Part shown: positions 21,735 to 30,179 of the stretch, piece after piece
How positions within the stretch are numbered: position 1 is the stretch's first letter
Layout of the letters: every line of letters begins with the position of its first letter
The notes under the pieces: generated by a model
What the model saw: the letters and a program-made list of their open reading frames with translations, nothing else
Database searches by the model: none
What the model was told of the DNA's origin: nothing
Made by a program: the position numbers and the translations under genes
NCBI GenBank assembly: GCA_008369845.1
Contig: MRSU01009132.1
Coordinates: 1-35,361, forward strand
Source: Trichomonas gallinae
Lineage: Eukaryota
DNA: 35,361 nucleotides
Reading direction: 5' to 3'

Positions 21735-22805
21735 ATGAGCACTGATCTAAGTGCTCTGACTGATTTATTTGAGTTATATCGCTCTTTTGTTGACTACACT
21801 ATCAGCATGCAGAAGAAAACCAAGCTTGAATTCCTTATTCCCGCAATTCAAGAACAAACTTTAATTCTTTTATGCAATTTTGTTTATGATCTAATGAAAA
21901 ACGATTTACCCTTGGCGACAGCAAACTTTCCGTGTGCTATAGTTGGCGATTTGCACGGAAATATTTTCGATTTAGTAAGAATTATATCGAAATATGGATA
22001 TCCATTATCAACAGAATATATATTTTTAGGTGATTACATTGACAGAGGCCAATTCTCCTTGGAAACACTCGTTTTCGTACTGCTCCTTAAGTTCAGATTC
22101 CCTCGGAAAGTTCATGTATTAAGAGGCAATCACGAATTTCCCTCCAAAGAAGGACCGGGCACATTCAAGTGTGAACTACAGGACATGGGCTACACATCTG
22201 CCGTATACGATTCCTTCATGAGGCTCTTCGAAATGATTCCAGTCGCTGTTTTGCTGTCGAGAGAAATTTTGTGCGTTCACGGCGGAATCGGGCCAGACGT
22301 GAGCCTGGAGGCCATCAGGATGCTGAAGTATCCTCTAAATGACAAGAAGAACAAGATCTCGCAGGATTTGCTATGGTCTGACCCTTCTGAAATCTGCGAC
22401 GAATTTGAATTGAGTCCAAGAGGAAAAGGTTGGCTTTTCGGGAAGGCTGTGTGCATGAAATTCCTCCAAGAAAATGGACTTAAACGGATTATTAGAGGCC
22501 ATTCCTTCATAGAAACAGGATATAAATCTTATTTTAACGGAGGGCTGATAACAATCTATTCTACGTCGCGTTCAATAAGACAACCCAACATTGGAGCGAC
22601 TCTGCTCGTGAAATCAGTAGATGACATCAGTGTTGATTATTATGATCCTTTGGAACCGATATTGAGATCCCAAGTTCGCCTGATATCTGACCTACCTAAG
22701 CTTCTTCCACTGCCCGAACAGAGAGAAAGGCGAACTGTTCCTGTTGTTCCAATCCGTGTCGTTCTCGTAAGGAGAAATTCACTGACTCCACTTAATAGGA
22801 AATAG
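21735..22805 (+). CDS. Ser/Thr protein phosphatase, PPP family (PP1-like, divergent)
   Basis: GDLHG, GDYIDRG, LRGNHE, VHGGI, DLLWSDP, SPRG, IIRGH motifs. Confidence 0.96.
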   Translation: MSTDLSALTDLFELYRSFVDYTISMQKKTKLEFLIPAIQEQTLILLCNFVYDLMKNDLPLATANFPCAIVGDLHGNIFDLVRIISKYGYPLSTEYIFLGDYIDRGQFSLETLVFVLLLKFRFPRKVHVLRGNHEFPSKEGPGTFKCELQDMGYTSAVYDSFMRLFEMIPVAVLLSREILCVHGGIGPDVSLEAIRMLKYPLNDKKNKISQDLLWSDPSEICDEFELSPRGKGWLFGKAVCMKFLQENGLKRIIRGHSFIETGYKSYFNGGLITIYSTSRSIRQPNIGATLLVKSVDDISVDYYDPLEPILRSQVRLISDLPKLLPLPEQRERRTVPVVPIRVVLVRRNSLTPLNRK

Positions 22806-23999
22806 AGAATGGTGCGTATATATTTGTTTGTTTGATAAAGTGTTTTGTTTTTAAAATATTTTATATTCATTTTAAATTATTAGTGGAATAGCATGTTTTT
22901 CCTTATGTCACTATATTGGCATGTGATAAAGCTATAAATTTTGCTTTAGCATATTATAATAATATGTTGTATCAAATTATCAAAATGAAATTGTTACATT
23001 AATTATATAAGCATCTTTCATTAACATGCTATTACATATGCTAATAGCATTCCCACTATTAAATACCCACAATATTCTACCAATCAAGATATTAATTAAA
23101 TGTCAGCCCCTGCAGGTGTTATGAATTCAACCACAGCCATAATTTCACAAACTGATGAATATAATAATGATGAAGTACTATAAGAAAGCGAAGGAACAAA
23201 TACTGATATAGAATAGCATGAAACAGATTCATAGGATAATCCATCAATCAATAACAATAGAAATTAAGCCAAAATGATGCAAAGACTTAAGTTAAATCAT
23301 ATAGTTCATTCAGAAGCTTTGTAATCGATGGATATATAAAACAATTGAATTATTTTGGCGTTATAAAGGATTATGATAGAAATATATGCAACAATTGGAT
23401 AAGTGAATTCATTATTCCTTTTTCCAAATATGCATAATACACCACTAGCAAACTAACGAATTTTGAAAATAAGCAAACAATAGAGAACATATATAATAAC
23501 ATATAAATATAGAATGTATTTGAAAAATTTACGATAAATATTTTATTCCTTTGTGCTAATCTCATTTATACAACTTAACTACAAAAATTGCAAGAATAAA
23601 AATGAAAATATCGTATGAACAATATTTATTTTATTAAATATTCCCATTGCCTAGATAGCTAACAGAGTTTAAACAGCGATTTCTTGATTATTTGATGTCG
23701 GGTTATAAATTATTCTCCTAAAATGAGGCTAATTATATCAAAATTAGCTATCTTGTGTTGAGTATATAAGGGATTTACATCTGATTAAGTAGCCTATTTT
23801 TATTTATCCCTGTTTTATTTTTCATACCCCTCTAATAAAAAGTCCGTAGAAAAAAAATTCGGAAGCGCGCACTTCGTCTATAGCATCTATGCACTACACA
23901 TAACAGTAAAACAGCGTTAAAACGCCTTGATTTTTTGAATAACAAATAACTATAAATTTTAAATTACAATATAATAATACATTCCGTAACACACAAGGT

Positions 24000-24770
24000 C
24001 TAATAATCTTCAGGTGTTGTCTGTGGCTCACTGATTTCTGAGTTATCCTGCAAGTTCACGTATTCGAGCCTTCTTTGCTTTATTATCGGGCAGACTTCTA
24101 TCTCTAAAAATGGTGTTGATCTATTCAACAAGTACTCAAGGGAAGTTGGGTCTCTTTGTTTGCCGGTAATTCGCTCGCTAGCAGAGATGAAATTATCCAT
24201 TACAAGACTAAATTCACTCTGTTTATCTGTTTTCTTCACCACTCCTGCAATTTCCAAAATTGCAGCGACCTGATAAAGTTTGCAGCGCGTAGTTTTCTCA
24301 CGGTCAGAATCTCTCGACAGGAACGCGGAAGCTTCGAGTACATTGATAGTTCTCTGCTCAAGAGCTATGAAAAGCATCAAGAACTCCTCTGTAATGCGTT
24401 GAATTGAAATCGGTCCATCTTTAGGAAAAATCTCTTCTAGTGAGAAATGCTCGGTGAAAACCCCGCGCTCCTTGGCCATTCTCTCTATAGCTGTTCTAAC
24501 TTGGTCGAAACCCAGCCAGATAAAAGTATCGGAATCAACTTTCGGGCAGCAACCTATTGTTTCTAATGTATTCACTACGTCATAGAACCGCCGCTGTCTG
24601 AACCCCAATTTGTCTGATGTACGCTTTATGTTGTATCGTGTGTTATGAGAGGATTGGCAAAGATTGATGAAATTGATTGTCGCGTTTTTGAAAGGCGACT
24701 GCTTATCAGGGCTCTTCCCTTCACTCTTGCTGTCCCCAAAAGGCCTTTGCACAGCAGAGATCAGCTCCAT
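24000..24770 (-). CDS. E2F/DP winged-helix transcription factor, atypical two-DBD (E2F7/8, DEL-like) layout
   Basis: First domain LG...RRFYDVVNTLETIG...F.WLG; second degenerate domain KTTRCKLYQVAAILEIAGVVKK; no marked box or pocket-binding motif is evident. Confidence 0.85.
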   Translation of the reverse strand: MELISAVQRPFGDSKSEGKSPDKQSPFKNATINFINLCQSSHNTRYNIKRTSDKLGFRQRRFYDVVNTLETIGCCPKVDSDTFIWLGFDQVRTAIERMAKERGVFTEHFSLEEIFPKDGPISIQRITEEFLMLFIALEQRTINVLEASAFLSRDSDREKTTRCKLYQVAAILEIAGVVKKTDKQSEFSLVMDNFISASERITGKQRDPTSLEYLLNRSTPFLEIEVCPIIKQRRLEYVNLQDNSEISEPQTTPEDY

Positions 24771-27406
24771 AAGTCCAACAAAAAGGATAATTTTTCTGAA
24801 ATTCAGAATTTTTCCCCTTCAGTGGATTCAATTTAGTAAGAATTTGGTGTTGTTTTCCACAAATTATCGGTATTTTGCTCACCTCCAATAGAGTGTTATA
24901 GCATAAAGTATTAAAATTTTGAGAACTAGAAATTCTTAATCAAGCTGCCCGTATTGAATGGAGCTCAGAAATTCTTGTCTCAATTTTAAATTGATCAGTA
25001 TAAAGATATTTGCAGCTTTAGAATGCGTTTAATAGAATGATGAGAAAAGCTCAGTAAAAATCCAGATTTGATAATATAATTTTCAATGCAAGTTATATAG
25101 CATATTCGCATCAAGTGGAGTAAAATTACAAAAAATGGAATCCTAAATTTTTTATATTTTCAGAATGATAAAAATTGTGAGAAAGAAAATTATTTTTGAT
25201 AAATTGTTTTCGCAGATTTTCGAATTGTCTTTATGTCATATAAATTGATCTAAAATCACTAAAATTCGTTTAAAACAAGGATAAAAAGTTTTGGAAATTT
25301 TGAAAACTGAATGTATTCCAGTATTGTCAAGCAATTTAGCATCTATTCCAAAGGAAAACGCAATATGTCGTAAAAGATCAATTTTTTATGACTGAGCACA
25401 AAATCACGAAATATTTCGACCAGTTTCATGGAATTATGGTGTATAAATTGGGGATATAAATTCTATCCAGTAGATAAATCATATACTCTAAGAGATGTTT
25501 GGAAACTCACGTTTTATAATTGAGATTCGAAGATTTTAGCTAATTTACGAGTTTTCCAAAAATTAATAGTGTTTCCTGATTTATGTATAATATGATAGTA
25601 ATATTCGATAAGTTATAACCCAAAATAATGAGGAAAAATGATTTTGAATCACAAAAAATGAATACGATATTAATTCCCATTTGCATATATCTCAGTGAGA
25701 AAAGAAAATGTGTAAAAAACTAATTTTATAATTCTCAAGAAAATGAATGGACTTCAAATTTGAAAGATAAATTTTATCATTTCAGTACTGTGTATTTTTT
25801 GCTTATCTTTCGTTATTTTTGGGCCTCTTGGATAAAGCGTATTATCATTACTGCAAACACTTTTTGAATTGCTGCAATTCTCTTAGCACGTTCTAACCGC
25901 TTCGGGTTTTAGATGAAATTATACATTATATGATGAGAAGCTGCTGGGGACTCTAAAGGACAAGTTTTGTTAAATTGTTTTTCAATCAGATGAGATTTTT
26001 TTATAACTTTTTCAAAAGTATTTTCTCATTATTGGACCTATTTATTACTTAAGCAATAATGAGCAAATTTTAAATAAATCATTTATAAATTTTTCTTGTT
26101 TTGAATGCAATTTACGGGCGTAGAAAAATTTGTTAAACTCCTTTAAATCATGATTTGTGTCATATTATTTCATCAAAACGATTATATTTGAATTGAAAAT
26201 AATCGTAAATTCAGTAAACTCATTTTTTAACGATCTTTAAATTTTGGTTATTCTCCGTTTTCTATGAGATAACCATACTAAGGGATTCCGAAAATCGAGT
26301 AAAATCAAAATAGCATAGCTTCAATTTAATGAAATTGTGAGAAAACGGTTTTATTTCATTCAATATTCAATTTTTTCTGAAGTAAACAATCTCAATTTTT
26401 CTTTTTTTGTTTTGATTTTCATCTTTTTTGGCTTTCATTTAGATTTATTCATAGGGAATTTGCGCAAAATTCGTAAGATTTACACGAAAAAAACGAGTTG
26501 ATTGTAAATGTTCGGACTTAGTACTTTATTCTATCAGCCCTCTAATGTGAGTATGCAATGCTGGCAGTTAAATGTTTATCTGTCTCCTTCGTAAAATATG
26601 GAAGCTCCAATATCAAGGTTTTTATCATTTTATCGAGCATTTCTATTATTTTCCAATCATAGAATGGTTATGTGGGCTAAAATTTTGTTCTTTTAAAAGA
26701 TTTGAATTCGAGAACCAGTATATAAACTGGCAACGCTAATTATATACATATTATGATTAATTTAATTAATATTCCGATGCTGATGCGTTAAATCTCAATT
26801 TTACAATTATTGAACAATAATTCGAAGGAATTTGCAGTCTATTCGATTGTAAATGAGGAAACTTGGTTATATTTGTTTTGTGAGGTTGTAAGCTAAAGAA
26901 AATTCCTCTTACAAATTCACTTTTGTAAATTTATCGACTGATTATAGAATAGATAGAATTAACTCTTACAAAAATACTATTAAAACCATAAATAACAGTT
27001 TTCTGATTGCAACATGATGCATTTACATATGATCGAAAATCAAATTTTCAACATTAATATAATGCTTTTGATCTACATGAAAATTACTTTCCAAGAAATA
27101 TGTTGAAGTAAATATTAGCGTTAAAACGTTGTATCTTTGATTTTATACAGAACTTTATTCGGCAAAATTAGAAATCAATGCACAATGACTGTTCTTCATT
27201 AAAAATGCATAATTATAAGGCAAAATTAAACATTGCCATGCAGTATATCTGAATTTAAATCAATTGATTTGAGATATAACATATTATGATAAAATATAGT
27301 AATTTATCTTTAAAATTATATATTTCTGACCTGAAAATTAATGAAACTTTAATGAATTGAATTAAAAACAAAATGATTTACTTGTGGCTCAAAAAATGCT
27401 TTATAT

Positions 27407-28642
27407 TCAGAGACCATAAGTTGCAATGAGTTTCTTAAGCTCATTGAGCTTATTTTCGTACTCAGTTACTGATCTGCTATCATTGTCTAATTGGCCATCG
27501 AGCCATGTATCGATATCACTGAGTTGCCTCAAGATTTCTGACCTTTTTGGATGACTGCAGACTTTCTTCTCTGCTGATAATAATAGTCTGATTATTGCTA
27601 CTTCGATTTCTTTCATTCTAGTTTCTGAATCAAGCCGATTTTTGAGGTTTGTCAGCATATTTGACATATCATTGAGTTGATCTTGTGTGAAGAAAATGTT
27701 GCTGATCTTGACAGCGTTATTGTATATTCTCCCACTGCTTTTGATGGCAGGCATGATACTAATATTATCACTTGCATCAATAGTCCACTGTTCTGCGAAA
27801 TTGATGATATACTTCTTCAGCATAATCGGAGTGTCTTGAGTATCATCCTTGTAGCCAACTGTTGTATGCATAACACTCTCGCCAGGTATACGAACGCTAA
27901 CCTCGATTTCTCTTGTCTGAGGAACGACTGCGCCTTTTTCAAAAATCTCGTAGAAGTCATCATCTATGATAAGGCCAACACTGTAGTTAAGATGGGTCTC
28001 AACATAATTAGCAATGCTCCTAATGGCATGATATCCATATTCAAGGATGTATTTGGCGCATATTGAAGCACCTCTAGCAATATCTTCTTCTGGGTTGGTT
28101 CCGATCAAAATTTTAGATTCATCATAGAAATTTTCTTCGAGGAGATCTTTGACCATTGGAATGCTCGAGGATCCACCGACGCAAACAACGTTTTTGATTT
28201 GGTTTTCCTTCATTTTAGCTGGTCTTAAAGCATCATCTAGGCACTTACTAATTCGATTGCTGAAATTATTTTCTTCTAACAGTCTTTTGAATATTTTACG
28301 GCGAAATTTTGTTTGAAAAGTTATATCTCCGCTATTAAACAAAAATTCTTCATATACAACGGCAGAATTCAGAAGATATTTTTGAACGACAGGATCATTA
28401 AATTTCTTACCAATGAGACGCCTTATGTTGTGTAGTGTAGTCGCATTCTAAATTAGTGGAATTTCTGAAAATTGAGTTATATTATCATTGTTATGCTGAA
28501 AAGAAATCCTGTAATATATGGATGGCCATGGATGGGAACTGTTGTTGGAAACTCGAGCAATGCCCTGCAGAATGTAATGCATGAGTTTGTCGTGCCAAAG
28601 TCGACACCAACACCATTCTTCTTTTTTTTTAATTGACGACTT
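27407..28642 (-). pseudogene. Hsp70/DnaK-family pseudogene with large internal deletion
   Basis: GVGVDFGTTNSC (about 28578-28614) is out of frame with the downstream part. After an in-frame TAG at 28448-28450 comes TLHNIRRLIGKKFNDPVVQK, fused to FQTKFRRKIF...VVCVGGSSSIPMVK...NPEEDIARGASI and C-terminal lid-like helices. Confidence 0.85.
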
Positions 28643-29139
28643 TGTAAAAAAAATGTTGGCTTTTTTTGTGATGTTATGTATGGCCCACATATTTATGTGT
28701 CTTGATGACAAGAAATGGAGAATCATTATTCAGACTCGGACTACATGTGTCATTTTGGAAAAAAATTATTAAAATTGTATTATTTTCAATTCGATCTAAA
28801 TTGAGTATATGTTTTGTATATAAATCTATGATACTTTTAGTATTTCATCAAAAGTAAAAGCTTTACGATTATTCGAAAATATAAATTGACTTTAACGAAT
28901 ATCGTGGTAAAGTATCGGATAATTAAGCTAAATAGCTGTCTGTTTCTTCATGTGAATGGTTAAATTGCAAGTTATTGATTCTTTGAAAAATTTATAAATG
29001 GAAAAATAGTGAAAATTACTGTTGATTTCAACTGACCTTTGTATATTCGTCAAATATTTGAACAATCAATTGGAATAAATTGACTATTATTTTTCCAGTT
29101 GTAAAATAAAAGGAAAAATAGTTGAATAATATTAAAATA

Positions 29140-29454
29140 TTAGATAAACTCCTCGCAGCTTCTCAGCATCTTAAGTTTATCCTTTATCGTGGTCATCAAT
29201 TTCTTAAATGGATCTTCGAACCTGAAATTTTGAAGGAAGCGGCTTGTTGAAATGTATAAATGGTCGCCATTAGTAATACCGTAGAATTTAAATGTCAATG
29301 TATTGGCCAAGATCATCGAATTATAAAATATAACAGCAGGATATAAAAGATTCAGTCGTTTTTCAAATTCCCATATCGTATCATTGACATTCACTTCAAC
29401 CAATGTCGTGTCTTTGTTCCCAATGTTATGCACGTAAATCTCAATTCTTTCCAT
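29140..29454 (-). CDS. Small ubiquitin-like domain protein
   Basis: IYVHN...TLVEVNVNDTI...IFYNSMILANTLTFKFYGITNGDHLYI fits the beta-grasp UBL pattern; no terminal diglycine. Confidence 0.75.
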   Translation of the reverse strand: MERIEIYVHNIGNKDTTLVEVNVNDTIWEFEKRLNLLYPAVIFYNSMILANTLTFKFYGITNGDHLYISTSRFLQNFRFEDPFKKLMTTIKDKLKMLRSCEEFI

Positions 29455-29464
29455 TTTTCTTTCT

Positions 29465-30085
29465 CGACTGTCACTTTTTGTAAATTAATTCATTGCAAAT
29501 GAATTTTATTTGATTTTTAATATATTCATTCATTATATAATCTAATTATGGTTAAATTTTTGATTTTTGTTTTAGATTGTCACTTTTGCCAACTTAATAT
29601 TTGTAAATGATTGATTTTTAGTATAAATATTGTTTATAGATTCTAATTTTTGGTAAATTTTTGAAATTTGATTTTTCGTTGTCACTTTTTTAAACCAATT
29701 CATTGTAAAATGATTTATTTGATTTCTATAATCGCATTTTGGTTAAATTTTTGGTGTTTAATTCTTAACTGTCACTTTTTGTAAACAGTTTATAAATCAA
29801 TTTTATTGGATTTTTCTTATGTATGTGCTATATAATGTCTAATTTTCTAGGAATTGTTCACTTTTTGGATTTTAGATGTCACTTTTGTTAGAATCATTTT
29901 TTGCCACTTTTCAGATCATTTTACTTTATTTTTAGCATTCTGATATCATATAAAATTTATTTTTTGGAAATTTCGTATTTTCAGTTTTTTCTTATCGCAT
30001 TTCAAATTTTTTGATTTGTCTATTAATATTCTTATAACACTACTAGTCTAATTTTTTGGAAATTTCGCACTTTTACGTTTTTTTA
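29465..30085. repeat. Degenerate tandem repeat, about 6 units of 90-120 bp
   Basis: TGTCACTTTT at 29469, 29578, 29680, 29770, 29877. Second motif CTAATTTTTGG(T/A)AAATTT-like at about 29542, 29643, 29735, 29839, 29958, 30048. AATTCATTG.AAA shared by units 1 and 3. Confidence 0.75.
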
Positions 30086-30179
30086 AGTTTTTTTTTCATT
30101 TTGGGTCAAACGAATTTTTATTTTTTATTACAAATAAGTCTTAGTGAGTCATGATTTTCAAGAAATTTTGTCATTCGCA

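Noticed and set aside
23870..23930. U2/U5 snRNA similarity (GTGTAGTG, GTTTTAC)
   Set aside because: Does not match the invariant GUGUAGUA or GCCUUUUAC motifs, and there is no proper Sm site.
29465..30085. CRISPR array
   Set aside because: Eukaryotic context, conserved core only about 10 bp, spacers related to each other, no cas genes.
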